In this document: in pieces, positions 29,776 through 44,689 of the stretch
Layout: the number at the start of each line of letters is the position of its first letter
Numbering within the stretch: the stretch's first letter is position 1
NCBI RefSeq assembly: GCF_009914755.1
Contig: NC_060947.1
Strand: one strand, 5' to 3'
Length of the DNA: 64,000 nucleotides
From: the human T2T-CHM13v2.0 reference genome, Homo sapiens
Translations under genes and position numbers: made by a program
The notes under the pieces: model-generated
Told to the model about the DNA's origin: nothing
Databases searched by the model: none
Seen by the model: only the letters and a program-made list of their open reading frames with translations

Positions 29776-31064
29776 TAATATCATGATAGGGAGGGGCAAA
29801 GAGCACTCTTAAATCCCTGTCTTAGCTGTATAGTGAATAGTAGTCTTGACTGACTCTGGTGGTGGATAAATAGGCCTCAATTTCCTTGGAAAGGCATATT
29901 CTTTAAATGAATTCCTAGCTTAAAATTTGTCCTCAGTCCTATATTGAAACATCCATTTAGTAAACAGGATGTTATCAAGGAAGGAAACAAAACATAATAT
30001 TCCTTTCCTTATTATTGAAAGGATAATAGTGATGCCCAATATGTCATGAATAGAGGAGGAAATTGGATTCTATTCTTAATTCATTGTTAATGACTAAGCT
30101 TCACAAAAATACTTAGTTTCCATTATACTTTCTTCTGTGTTAATTGTGGAAACAATGGGGTAAGTCTTCCTGTAGAAACCAATTATCTTACATGACACCT
30201 CTTAATTCTGTAATTCATTGATCCTCAGGAAGTTGAGAATTTGAAACCAGGTTTGGCAGTAAGCAGTTAATTAAAATTGTCTTAGTTTAATGGCAATGTT
30301 AATAACGTTGAAATCATCAAGAATAGAATATGGAAACATCACAACTAGATATAGATGTTTATCTGACTTTAAAGACTAAGTTCACTGGTAACTCTGTTTT
30401 ATTGAGCACCTACTATGTGTCATGCACTGCTCTGACTGTCTCTATACATACAAGCTTGGAAGTGAGAGGAAGAATAAAAATTATCTGCTTGAATTCAGTT
30501 AAACAAACTATGTGAAAGAAGAGCAAGGAAGATGAATTCTGTCAAAAAGCAAGGTGATTTGCGAATCGCCAGTTGCATCCAATCAGTCAGCTGTTACTTG
30601 ACTATTTTCAAAACAACTGAATGCAACCAACTGATTTAAAAATCACTAACACTCTGACTAAAGGTCAACTGATTGGTATAAATATAGCCTATTTTCCTTC
30701 TTTACATTGTTCTCTTACAGTTCAAACAGAACAAGAAAAAAAATATTTAGACCAGATTACATCATATAAAATTATGGTTAGTTTGCAAAATGGAAAAGTG
30801 GTTTTTAAGACTCACTGATTAAAAAGCAAACACTCCTAAGTGTAAAACAAAGTTTCTGATGACTTCTAGAAAAAGTATACAATACGTAAGTATTTTATCT
30901 TAATAAGGAATTTGTAATGAAGCTTAAATGCTTCATTACATTTGATTTTGCTTATTTTAAAATTATTATTTTTCTGTTGAAATACTGAAGTGCATGTGTA
31001 GAAATGAGAATATTTCCCCAAGTAACCTAACAATTACAGATTTAGGTCCTACTTTTGAGCTTAA

Positions 31065-31480
<416 letters not shown>

Positions 31481-31538
31481 TGACCAGTTAAATGAAGTAT
31501 CTAGGCTTATATTTATTATAATGTTTTTCCGATAATGA

Positions 31539-31575
31539 AGAGAGAGAGAGAAAGAGAGAGAGAGAGAAGGAGAGA
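31539..31575. repeat. (GA)n microsatellite
   Basis: Seen directly. Confidence 0.9.
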
Positions 31576-33339
31576 ATGATCACCATTTCATTTAATAGGG
31601 AAAAGATAGCTAATTAAACTTGAAAGTAGTTTTCTTTTAACGGTTTTTAGTTCCTTTTTGAGAATGAAGGATTAAGTGTCCACAGGTAATTATCCTAACA
31701 GATATCTGTCATATAGCTTACTGGGAAGAGCTCATTGGAGTGAATCCTGGAGTTGAGTGTCAAAGAGGACCTAGGATCCATCCATACTAGAAAAGAGTAC
31801 AGAACATTAGTTTGTCAAAGGCATTTAAAACTTGTCTTCTTTAATTCATTTCACAGTTAGGAAAATTGAGGTCCAAGGAGAAAATAAAATGTGTATGATA
31901 TCATCCAGTAAGTTAGTTAATTAGTTAGGAGAGTCGGGCTAAAATCCGAGTCTCTAATCCCTAGTTCAGTATTTTTTCACCCAACATATGGTACCCATGG
32001 TGGTAAAATCCAGGTATGTCTGACCAGTGTGCTGAACTCTTCTGGCTTTTTGAGGAAATGAGATCATGCATCTTTGAATTATCACCTCTGTAAATTATTT
32101 GCTCTTTAAGAACTCTCATATGTTAATTAGTCTAATGTAGCCATGCCACAATATATACATATTTCATGAAGTCATGTTGCACACCATAAACATGTATAGT
32201 TTTTACTTGTGAATTAAAAAAGAACTCCTCAAATAGTACACATTTTTACATTTAGAATGACTGGCTTGCTGTGTGCTAGGTCAGAAGTTATTGGAATGAA
32301 AAAATGCTAGAAAATGATGAAAAAGGAACCATCTCAATCTTTGAAAGAGAAACCTCTTGTATTCCTTTGATTTATGGCATAAATTCCTTTAGAATTTATC
32401 AACAGGAGGAAGTAAACACTTGGGAAATCTTCTACTCTCAGTCTCTTCTGTCATAGTTGTTCACAAGGAAAATCCGATCCTAAATTTTTAGACATTCCTC
32501 CAGATTACCCAAGAACCAGTAACACTCTTTATGCTCTTCTAGATGTCAGGAGAACAAGTCTTTCAACTTTCCAACTAAAGTTTTTCAGCAATAGAGAAGA
32601 AATAAAATAACTCACTCTGATGAGCATCAACTAAGTGCTCTTTCTGTAGGTAATTGGCTTCCTGGAAGGTGAATCAGCACTCATTTAGCAATCCAAGGCT
32701 AAGTGGGTCTTGGCCAAGGGAAAATAAAATGTATCACATTTAGTGCTAAATTAAAGACAGGATTCACAAGCTGAGAACCCACATGAATCAGAAACATGAA
32801 TCACAAAGCCTGTTCAGTTTATGGCAAATTGGCCCTGAAGACAAATAAATAATCAATCATTAATTTTCACACTCTGCTTTTGATAGACTTTTTTCATTTG
32901 AAGGCAATTGCTATTATAATAACAATAATGGCACCTTATAATTTTACTTTGCAAAGTGCTTTTCTGCCTGCTCCTCATAATTCTAATTTCTCTAAGTTCA
33001 GAGGGGAAAAATATGACTTTTTATAACTGATGCAAAATGACAATTCAAAGGAAATTCAAAGAGATACTAAAGCTCCAATTATATAGTGCCTAGCATAGAG
33101 TGATTATGTTTGAACCAGTATGGATAACATTTATCAGAAGCCAGAATTTTTTATGGGTTGTTTGGTGTGGTGCTGGCTCAGAAAAGGTGATGCTTTAATC
33201 CTGTGAATTATGTTATAGCAGGTTAAAAGTAACTTGTGTGCCTGTCAGTGATATATCAGTTCAACAGCAAGCAGGAACTGACTATCTTCTGGTTGGTTGT
33301 CACATATGCTAAACTCTGAAAATTCAAAGTCGAGTAAGA

Positions 33340-36300
33340 CATTGGCCATGCCTTAGAGAGAGGAAGGACATTCTTTGTAGAAGGAATAGCAGATGCAGAG
33401 GTCCAGAGATACAAACAATCATGGTTTGTCTGGGGAAATACAAGAGTTTGTTATGAGCAGATCATCGAGTAAAAGGGGGGTGAAGGGAGTGAGGAAGTAA
33501 CAGAAGATGAGGATAGGACCACACGATAGAGAGGCTTATGGGCTATGCTAAGGCACACAGATCTGAAGCCTAAAGAAGAATGAGCATCACTAAGGGATGT
33601 TAATATAGATGGTGACATGAATTGATTTCTTTTGCAGAAAGATCACTTGAGTGACTTATGGTTGATGGATTAGAGTTAACCCAATATTGGAGGTTATGGT
33701 AGTAATCCACTCAAGAGATGAAGACTTGGGCTTTGACAATAGAATTGGATATGAAAAGGAAAGGATAGTTTTGATGACCTTGACAGGTAAAATCAGAAAA
33801 TATTGATGATTGAATGTGAGGGCTGAGGGAAAAGGAGATGTCAGAGTACCAAGGTAATCCAGTGGGTGATACTATATCCAAATATCGGCTCTTCATCTTA
33901 CCCAAACTTGTTTCTACCTCAGTCTGCCCTGTCTCAGTAAATGACAATTCTATCTTTTCAGTTACTCAGCCCCAAAACATGAACTCATCCTTGACTTTTC
34001 TCATTCTCTCATGTTCCACAGCCCATCTGACAATAAATTTGGTTCCACCTTCAAAACATATACAGAATATGACCATTTCTCACCAACTGCACTGCTGCTA
34101 CCGTTTCAAGCCATCATCATCTCTCATCTGGACTTTTACAACAGCCCTCTGTCTAGTTTCCTTGTACTCATTCTCACCTCAGAGCATATTCTCCGATACA
34201 TTATCCAGACTGATTTATTTAAATATAAGTCAATCTAATCAGAGCATTATTTCTAATTACCAGGTTACAAAAATACATGAAGAAACACAACAAATGACAC
34301 AAGGAAATAATCAGACAAAGCTTTCCAGGATAACTGGTTCAGGCTCTTCAATAAGTTAATGCCATAGGGAGAAAAAATGCGAGTTGGAGTACTGTTCTAC
34401 ATTAAAAGGTATGTGATAAGCAAAGCAATCAAGTCGATACATGGTCCTTGATTTGATTCTGGTTTAAACAAAACCACTATAAAAGAAATTATGGGGATGA
34501 TTAGGGAAATATAAATATCAAGTAGGAATTAGAGTTGTTAGTTTTGGTAGCTATGATAATTATGCAGAAAAATATTTTACTTATAAGAGATATATACAGA
34601 AGTATTTTGGGATTAAATATCACGATATCTACACTTTAAAATACTTCAACAAAATATACGTGAAGAAATACACTATGGCATAACGTTAACGTGTTACTTC
34701 TAGCATAATGGATGTTTATTATGCTATTATTTAAACTTTTCTTTATATTTTAAATTTTTTTATGTCAATAAAAGTAGACCATATCTGGATACTCCTCTTC
34801 TCAAAATTCCTCCAGTGGCTTCCCATACCACTAAGAATACAATTCAATCCTTTTACAATGATCTGAACCTCTCTATCTCTTTGATTTCATCTTCTACCAC
34901 TCTCTCCCTCATTCACCGTTCCAAGAAGACAGCTATCCTTGCCAAATACATCCCTTCCTCTGGGCCTTTGTGCCTGTTTTTCTAGCTGCCTGGATTATTT
35001 TTGTCTCGGATATCCACGTAACTCATAGTTTCACGTTATTCAGATTTCTATTTCCCTCATTAGTGAAGCCTTTCTGGACCATCCTTTACAAAATATCACC
35101 CCTTCCATCCACTCTTTCTGTGCCCTTACCTTACTTTATTTTCCTTCTTAACATTTATCACTACCTGATATATAATATTTGTATTTTCATTGTCTGCCTC
35201 TCCCCACCCCACACAAGCAGAAACTTGAATGTAAGCTAAATATTAGCAAAAGTTTGCCTGTTTTTTTATTGCTTTCTGCCATACATGGGTAGTGATGAAA
35301 TAAATCTTTTTTGAATGAAATTAGTAAGTAAAGGTGTTTTGGTGGAAAGGCTAAGTTAAGTTTAGGGCATGCTCAGTTTGAGAACCTGTAGCATATTTAA
35401 GTGGAAATGTCTTGTTCTCTATTTAGCTTGGAGAAGTTGTGGTTTTAGATTTTGTGATGAGAAGATAAATAATTTTGCATTGGTAGTATCTACTTATTTT
35501 CATTGAAGAAGGGAGTAATGCCATCAACTAAAAATGGAACAAAGATTAAAATTAAAATCATGGAAGCTCATGTCTTCTCATTCTATGTACTTTCTTAAGT
35601 GATAAAAAGTGAAGAAAGACAGAAAGTCCCCTGAGAAAAAGAATATTTAAGGGGCAAAAAGACCAAGAGGAGGACATTTAAAAAACAAGAAAATGTGATT
35701 AGAAAAAAGGGAAGACAACCAGGATAATCTAGGTATTATGCAAACTGAGAAATATAATAATTTTTAATAGGATATCAGATACCAAATGCCCTAGCATTGG
35801 CCATGTAAAATAAAGACATATGAAGACACTTGTTGTCATATGAAGGCAAATGGGAGAAAGGTGAATTGGGGTGTTGGATCCTTAATTTCAGGAAAGAATA
35901 AGAGATACAGAAGTAAATATTCAATTTAGGATACTTTTTAAAAGAAATTTTCCTGAGAAGGAAAGAAAAAAGTAACTTAGGCAGAGGGGCTGTATACAGT
36001 GCTAAAGGAGTGACTTTTCTTTAGAATTAGAAGACATTTGAACATATTTTAATGCTGAGGGTGATAACATGATAGAGAGAAATAAATTGAAAATCAAATA
36101 CTAAGAGAAAATATATGAAGAAACAAGCTTTAGGAAGAAACAACAGAGATGGCCCAAGTGAAGGGCTCAATAGGAAGAAAGACATGATTGTCTATACAAT
36201 GGGAAAGAAGAATGGATGGGTACAGAGAAAAATCTGTAGGTAGAATACTGGTAAGACAAAGGATTTCATCCTAATTGATTCAATATTAATGTTATAGGAG

Positions 36301-37130
36301 TTTTTGAAAGTGAGGGAATTTGGAATTAGGTAGATAACTTGAGCAGAGAAGCCAAGATTTGGAACAGTTATTGTGAGAAATAGGGATGAACTAAAAATAA
36401 GTGAAGGTATTGATAAGCGCTATGAAGGATCCAACTGAAGTAAGAAATCATAGATTTGTAAAATGATTTGTACAAGGTTTTCTTTAGCAGTGCTCAGCTT
36501 TCTGGTTATAAAATTGAGGAGGGCAGACTGTATACTGAGAATTTGTGAGGCAGGTGCTGCAGCAGGGGCAGTATTGCATTGTGGTTAATTGTAAAGGTTT
36601 TAGTCACAGACCGGGCTTTGAGTTCTGGCCCTGCTAAGTGTATGAGCTCGGGCAATTTACATATCCTCCCAAACACTTAAGTTCCTCAACCTTAAAATAG
36701 GGGTAATAATAGTAACTATTTCATGGGGTTAGAAAAATTAGATGAATCACTGCAAATTGCCTGATACTTAGTATGCCTTCAGTAAATGTTACCTAAACAC
36801 AGAAGAAAAATAAAACAGGGATAGGAGGAAGTTGAAAGAGCTGGTGAGACAGAAATCCACGTTATTGACCATGGGCTCCAGGCAGCATTGGGAACAAAAT
36901 GAGACTTTGGTGGGTGTGGGGGTGTGTAAATTAGAGGCAAATGAAGGAGTCATGGATATGGAGTCTTTTATTGAGGCTGAAGAACAGTTGTAAAGGGAGT
37001 GAGAGAACTATACAATAGATAACTCTTTGAGACTGGTATTGACATTTCCAATTTTTTAAAATTAAATATTTATTAGTAGTTACAAAGTCTAGGGTAAGGT
37101 CCTACAGGCAATTGCCTGAAGTAAAAAGAA
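33340..37130. mobile_element. L2 cluster: minus-strand L2 (~33340-33860, ~35330-37130) around a plus-strand L2 (~33880-35320) that contains an L1ME fragment (~34250-34770); MIR at ~36570-36795
   Basis: L2 motifs ctcagtaaatgacaattctat, ctccagtggcttccca, tgggcctttgtgcc, gaatgaa end; opposite-strand gaaagatcact...gtaatcca; MIR core. Confidence 0.65.
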
Positions 37131-37145
37131 GTTGAAAGGCACTAA

Positions 37146-37698
<553 letters not shown>

Positions 37699-37794
37699 AG
37701 GATGCAGAAGTTTGAGGTTGGGTGTTCAAATTGCCCAAAACTGATGGGAGAATAAAAGTGGAGAGATGCTAAAGCCTTCAATGGCTACAGACTG

Positions 37795-38250
37795 TGTATT
37801 AATTTCCAGTGACTGGTGTAACAAATTGCCACAAATTGGAAGCTTAAAATAAAAGAAATTTTATCTATCTTGGATCAGAGTTCAGAAGTCTGTAATCAAG
37901 GTTTCTCCAGGGCTGCGCTTCCAATGAAGACCCTAGGAGAAAACACTTTCTTGCCTCTTTAAGCTTTTGGTGGCTCCAGGTATTCTTTTCCTTGTGACTG
38001 CTAAACTCCAATCTCTGCCTCTATGTTCACATGGCCTTTTTCTTCTTTTCCCTGTGTGTCTCCTTTGTGTGTTTCAAATAAAGGCATTGTCATTGGATTT
38101 AGAGTCCATGTGGATAATCAAGGATGATCTCATACAGAGATTCTTAATTACATCTGTACAGACACTTTTCCCAAATAAAGTCACATTCACGGGTTCCAGG
38201 GGTTGAGACATGGACATATATTTTTGGGGGCCAACATTCAACCCACAACA
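37795..38250 (-). mobile_element. MLT1C-like MaLR solo LTR
   Basis: TGTATTAATTTCC...gtaacaaattgccacaaa...ttccaaataa-gtcacattcac...caacccacaACA. Confidence 0.85.
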
Positions 38251-38893
38251 GGCAGTGATTTGACAGTTAAAACATTGATGGCTAAATGTCTAACTACATT
38301 TCATCTCTCAGATCCTATAGACACATGTTACAGTTAGTAGAGTTCAAACATAACGTTAATATCTGTTGATGATGCAAGAACTTAACTTTAGCAAATACTT
38401 TCTAGCTTTCATTACTGGGGACAACATACTTAAGAATAGTGGTAATATTAGACTGCCTAGTCATGGTAGGTAATTAATAAAAAATCTAGTACATATATCT
38501 GTGGCAATGCTAATTGATTCCTGGGTGCAATGGATCCAGTTATCTTGTCTAAGAGTACTTAAAATATTTTCACATTATTTTGTTATTTGTCAGCTAAATA
38601 ATGAAGGGATGAACAAATGTGGCCTGTGAGAATGCTGTGGTCAAGGGTAGGGGGTAGGTCAACTGGGGAGTAAAGGGAGCAAGAAAAGAGAGGCTGAGGT
38701 TGGGGCTACTATCTCAGTCCAACTTCAGTCCCCTGGAACCAAGGTGTACACTCTCCTTATTTGGTACTGAAGTTGGAATTTGATAGGTGGATTAAACTGG
38801 ACTTTAGGGTATATTGCCCCATTTGTGGAAGGTCACCAGAGTTTGTTCTATCACCTTGAGTTCTATTTTTCTGGAGTGATGAATAATCATTTA

Positions 38894-39017
38894 ATGAAGG
38901 AATGATCCAGTTCATGTTACCTAAATTCTCACTAGACTTGATGAATCAGACATCATGAACGAATGATTCAGCTCATGTTACCTAAATTCTCACTAGACTT
39001 GTTGATGAATCAGACAT
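38894..39017 (+). repeat. Two-copy ~61-bp tandem duplication
   Basis: tcatgttacctaaattctcactagacttg occurs twice with a few substitutions and a 3-bp indel. Confidence 0.92.
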
Positions 39018-40588
39018 TGAATCTATTAATTTAAAATGATAAGTAAAAGCTACAAGGAAATCTGAAATGTCCCTTCTGTTCAATAAGCCCAATCTCCTCC
39101 CAGAAGGGAGATCACAAGATCTAAATGTGGCTTGATGAGAATGGTGGCCTGGTTGAGGGAGGGCATGGAAAGGTCATAAACTCTGTTAACGAAGGAATGT
39201 CCCATCCACTCTATGTGCACCAAACCAAGTATTAAGTCGTCAAGCCACTATCTCTCTGGACATATCTGAAGAAGCTGGCAAGGGCCAATTCCAATTCTCC
39301 TTTTTCTGGACTCTGACATGACTGCCCTTCAATTTGTCTTGTCATTACATTACCCTTCCTACTTTAATAGATTTGCAGAACCTTTTATAACTTCCAAGTT
39401 GATAACTTATTTTATGCTGATTGCATTTAAGGTTGGCTGCTTCCTAGGAAGACACTTTATTCTTGTTAGTAATATGTCACCCTGCTGGATGGGTAACTGT
39501 AGGGAAGGCTTCCAGTAGCCAGCTGCTTTCATTCACAGGCAATTTTTAATCCAAAAAGATCCCATTTAAAATGCTTTTCTTTTTCATCCTTTTTATTCTT
39601 TCATGTCCACCTTGGTTCCACATCATCTTAGCTACTTTCATCCTTCTGGAGAATATTCATAAACCAAATATATACAACTAGGATGTCTACTGCACATGAT
39701 ATGCAATTTTCCATAGAGGTAATTGTTTACACTTTTCTTTCATATGCAAAAACATAAAACATACAAGTTATAACATGTAAAATATAGAAGTTCAAATGTT
39801 CCAGTGAATCTTTACTAGACAACTTTCATGGAGACAATCTTTTTGTGGATTGCATAGCAATTAACACCAAATCATCATATTAGAGATGGCCTTATAAAAT
39901 TCCTTCATTCTGTGCTGAATAGAACAAATCAATAAATGTTATGCTTCTTTTCCAAGATTTTCCAGTGAGGTCAGTTGTAATTCAGGATAAACAAGAGAAC
40001 ATCTAGGGCAGTTAACTAGGGGGGGAGCTTGTAACTTTCACATCTCAAATCAGGGCTATTTAAATTTATCTGGAAATTTAATGCTTGATCAATGTTTGCT
40101 AGTGAACATATAGTTATTAGAAAAAGAATCATCCTATCAGTTATGTTGAATGTGGCAATTCTTAACACATTCAATCTTACTTTTGAAGAAATCTTAAAGA
40201 AAGCAGGTGAAAGGGGAAGATGGGCTAACATATGCATTATATATCTTCTTGCTGCATTGGAAACGTGCACACGTCTAATTATGTGCAAACAATAAATAAA
40301 GATCATCTGCGCAGGCTACATGGACTTTTGCACAGATCCTATATTTAGGAAGAAAGAGTAAAGGTAACCACTTTGCTCCAGGTGTATAGAAAGGAGCTTT
40401 GTGAAGATAAATTTTAATAGAACCATTCATTAAGGCTGTGCTTGCTAAGTGCCACAATAGATGATTTCACTAAACTATATAAATCAAGACAGCATTTCAC
40501 TTTTTTTTTAAGTGAATGGAAGAAAAGGCTGGCTTTTTAATATGATTATTTTCATTTTGTATACTCTAGTTTATATTATTAACCAACA

Positions 40589-40621
40589 CTGAAGCCTACT
40601 TGCTACCAGCAGAGGGAGCGC
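40589..40621 (+). promoter_or_regulatory. Candidate CTCF site
   Basis: Core CCAGCAGAGGGAGC at 40606-40619 and an upstream CTGAAG resembling the CTGCAG module; motif only. Confidence 0.5.
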
Positions 40622-41208
40622 AAAGACAAGTTGTCAAGCTGCAGCAGCATGCAGGAGAATGAAGGCTTTTTTGGGGGGTGTAGGGTAGAGGCTGGAGGTA
40701 TGAGATTACTCAAGAATGTACATCACTCAAGAAAAAGATAGCCACAAAAATAATTGCCAAAAAGTGCATAGATTACATAAATGAAGCCAAGTTTGGGAAT
40801 CTATTGAAAGGGTCATTTTTCCACACCCACATTTAGCCCTCCTACTTCATCTACTGATTAAAACGAATTTAACAAGTTAATCATTACATCCTTTTCTTAA
40901 CAAATGGAAGGAGTACCTAAGCAATTTTGGAAACTTTCTAGTTTATTCTTCTAACCATTGCTGAAAACAATCTTAAAATATCTGCACTTAGAGGGTCCAA
41001 TTAATTATTTTTAAATTAGTTTAAAGTTGATTTTATCACACAGTGATTTGCCATCCATCTTTTAATGGTCATGTTTAATAATCCTCTTTATTTTAAGAGG
41101 CTTTTTTCCCTGCATATACATTTGCACGAGTTTAATTCAAACAAACTCTGTGACAATATGTACACAGAGATCTAATTTGAGCCATTGTTTTGTGAACAGT
41201 TTGATGTC

Positions 41209-41561
41209 TACTATAATCTGAATGTTTGTGCCTCCCAAAATTCATATGGTGATACTTAATCCCCAAGGCAGTAGTATTAGGATATTTAACCTTTGGAAGG
41301 TAATTAGGTCATCAATGCAGAGCCCTCCTGAATTGGATTAGTGCCTTTATAAAAGAGGCCTGAAGGAGGCTGTTTGCTTTTCTGCCATGTGAGGACGCAT
41401 GGAAGGTACCATCTATGAGGAATGAGTCCTCACCAGATATCAAATCTCCCGAAGCCTTGATGTTGGACTTTCCAGCCTCCAGAACTGTGAGCAATATATT
41501 TTTGTTTATAAATGACCCAGTCCAAAGCATTTCGTTATAGCAGCCCCAAAGGACTAAGACA
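41209..41561 (+). mobile_element. MLT1A/MLT1A0 solo LTR
   Basis: ctgaatgtttgtgcctcccaaaattcatat...ttggactttccagcctccagaactgtgag...gactaagACA. Confidence 0.88.
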
Positions 41562-41574
41562 GTGTCCCACCTAC

Positions 41575-43030
41575 ATTCATGTATCAATTTATCCAACATA
41601 TACTTATTGAAGACCTATGATATACTGGATACAATGATAAGATCAATGGACCCACTAGGGAATATGACAAAGAAACTTACAGTCTACTGGGTTAACAGGC
41701 GATAACCGATCAAACAAATAATATAATGTCAGAGAAATGCCATGAAGAAATTATGAGGATAATGTGAAAGAGTGACTGGATGGGAGAAGGGGCATATCTC
41801 TCAGAGATGATAATATTAACCCAGAGATCTAAATAAGGAGAAGGCCATACAAGGATCTAGCTGTGTCTGGCAAACTTTTTTCTTAAAGGGCTTGTGAGTC
41901 CTAAGATATTTGTCTCAACTTCTCAACTCTGCCACAAAAACAGCCGCAGTCAGTAGTAAATGAATGAGCACAGCTATGTTACAATAAAACTTTATTTACA
42001 AAAATAGATTGATGAAAGGGGAAACATCTTTCAGGCAAAGGGAACAGAAATATTAAAAGTCCTAAATCAGGAATAAGCTTGGCATTTTATAGGAACAAAA
42101 AGTCTAGTATGACTGGAGAATAATAAGGAAAGAATGAGACCAGCGTATGTCAGAGAGATAAATACTGGGCAGGTCAGCTTGTAGTTTGTGGTAAGTTGTT
42201 TGAACTTTATTCTAAGTATGAAAGGATACTTTTGGAGAATATTAAGCAGGTGATTATTAACATAATTATTAACATAATCTGATGTGCATTTTAAAAGATG
42301 AACTCTGTTGTGTGGAAAGTAGATTTTAGGGAGGAAGAGTAGAAGTCAAAGAATAGTTACTAGTTGGTTCTAATGAGAGGTGATGGCAGATTTGATTAGG
42401 ATAATAATCAAAGTAGAGATAGGAATGGAGATAGCAGTGGATGGATTCAGTGTGTGTGTTGGAGGTATAATCAATAGGAATCACTGATGCACAAGGAAGA
42501 TAAAGAGGGAAATCCAGAGTTTTCAACTTGAGCCTCTAGGTAAATGGTGATACCATTTACTGAGGTGGGAGAGATTAAAAGAGAAGCAGTATTTGGGGGC
42601 AAGACAGAAACCATAAGTACTCTTTTGGACATAAGAAACTTACAGTTGCCTATTAGATATTCAAAGAGGCAACTGGAGATATGAGACTGGAGCATGAAGC
42701 ATATGGCAAGTCTAACAATATAACTTTAGGGGTCATTTATTAACAGAAAGTATCAAGTCTAAACATATAACTTTTCAAGTCATTAGTTAATAGATAATAT
42801 CAATACCATTTAGTTAAATGTGCTCACCTAGGGACAGTGTATTGGACAGAAGAGATAAATGAAGATTGGTACCAAGCCTTGAGGTCCTCCATATTTAGAG
42901 TTTGAACAGAGAAGAAGCATCAAAGGAAACTGCTTTCCTCATCGGCCATGAGGAAGAGTAGGAGAGTGTATCCTTCCTAGAATTAAATGGAGAAGTGTCC
43001 CAAGATGAGAGAGTAGCCAATAATCAATAG
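41575..43030 (-). mobile_element. L2 fragment containing a MER58A piece (~41860-42008)
   Basis: attcat...caacatatacttattga; caggcaaagggaacag; ccatttactgaggtggg; MER58A aataaaactttatttacaaaaa. Confidence 0.75.
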
Positions 43031-44350
43031 CAGTCAGTCAGTTCCAGCTACCGGCCAAGAAGGTAGCAAGCAGGGAAGCTGAAACCAGAGGACAAAACCT
43101 GTTGCTGTTCCTCTTAAGTGGGAAAAATGTATAGTGTATCTAAGCACCAAATGATCACTCCACTTTAAAAAAATGTATTAGTTTGAACACTTTGGAAGCT
43201 GTGTTGTACACTCAACCTATGATGATCTATTCTAAATATCCTAATTGTTTTCACATTTTTACCACAATGACAAGGAGCAGTTCTTTAATTAGAGTATTCC
43301 CAGTGCTGTTTACTTCTGTTCTGGCCCCAACTTACCCAGTTTGCTTCTCAGTTTTCCAGTACCAATTCTAACGTAAAATGAAATAACACAAACCGTGATT
43401 TCCAAAGCTAAGTGCTGGACTATTTGATGCTTCAATTTCTTGAATAAATGAAAAAAGGGAATAGGAGATCCACAGCAGGCATCAGAGAGATCCTTGGCAA
43501 GAAAGGAACATTATTCTGGGTGTATGAAGAGACACAAAAAAATAAGACAGACCTGTTATTTTCCTGGCATCAGGGAAGATGCTCTTGGCAATGGTGAAGA
43601 GCCATGCTTGTCTCTGAGAATACCAGTCTCAGTGTCTTTACTGTTACTATGAGGTTCTGCTAATTGACACCTGCCTTTGCCTCCATATTAAATGGAATCA
43701 CTGTGTCTGAGAAAAGAAAGCTGTCTAGTGCTCAAAAGAAATAATAAACTAGATGAAACAGAGAAATAGACAGTTGTTTGCAAAAGTTATGTTTATGAGG
43801 GGAAAAATCTAACAATGATTTAAGTATTTTGGACTTTTCTATTCACATAAGATTGCTTTGAACATTCATGTATAAGTTTTTTTGTGAACATACGCTTGTG
43901 GTTCTGTTGGATATAATAGTAAGAGTGGAATTGCTGAGTCATATGGTAGCCTTATGTTTAACTGTTTGAGGAACTGCCAAACTGTTTTCCACAGGGGCTG
44001 TAACATTGGACATTCCTGTCATCAATGTATGGGGATCCCAATTTCTCCACGTTCTAATCAACACTTCTTATTTTTCCATTTTTGATAATGATGATGATGA
44101 ATCCCATCCTAATGAGTGTGAAATGGTCAGAGGAGCATCTGCCCTAGTGACAGTCCAGAGAACCTTTTGATTTTATGGTTTTCATTTATATTTCCTTTTG
44201 ACTACTGATGTTGAGCATCTCTTCATGTGCTTATTGACTATTTGTATATCTTCTTAAAAATCTCTATTCAAATTTTTTGTACATTTTAATAGGGTTGTTT
44301 ATATTTTTCTTGTTGAGTTGTATGAGTTCTTTATGTATTCTGGATACTAG

Positions 44351-44689
<339 letters not shown>

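Noticed and set aside
33838-34359. 173-aa ORF, the longest outside L1PA
   Set aside because: It runs through degraded L2 and L1ME sequence; no recognisable domain, promoter or splice context.
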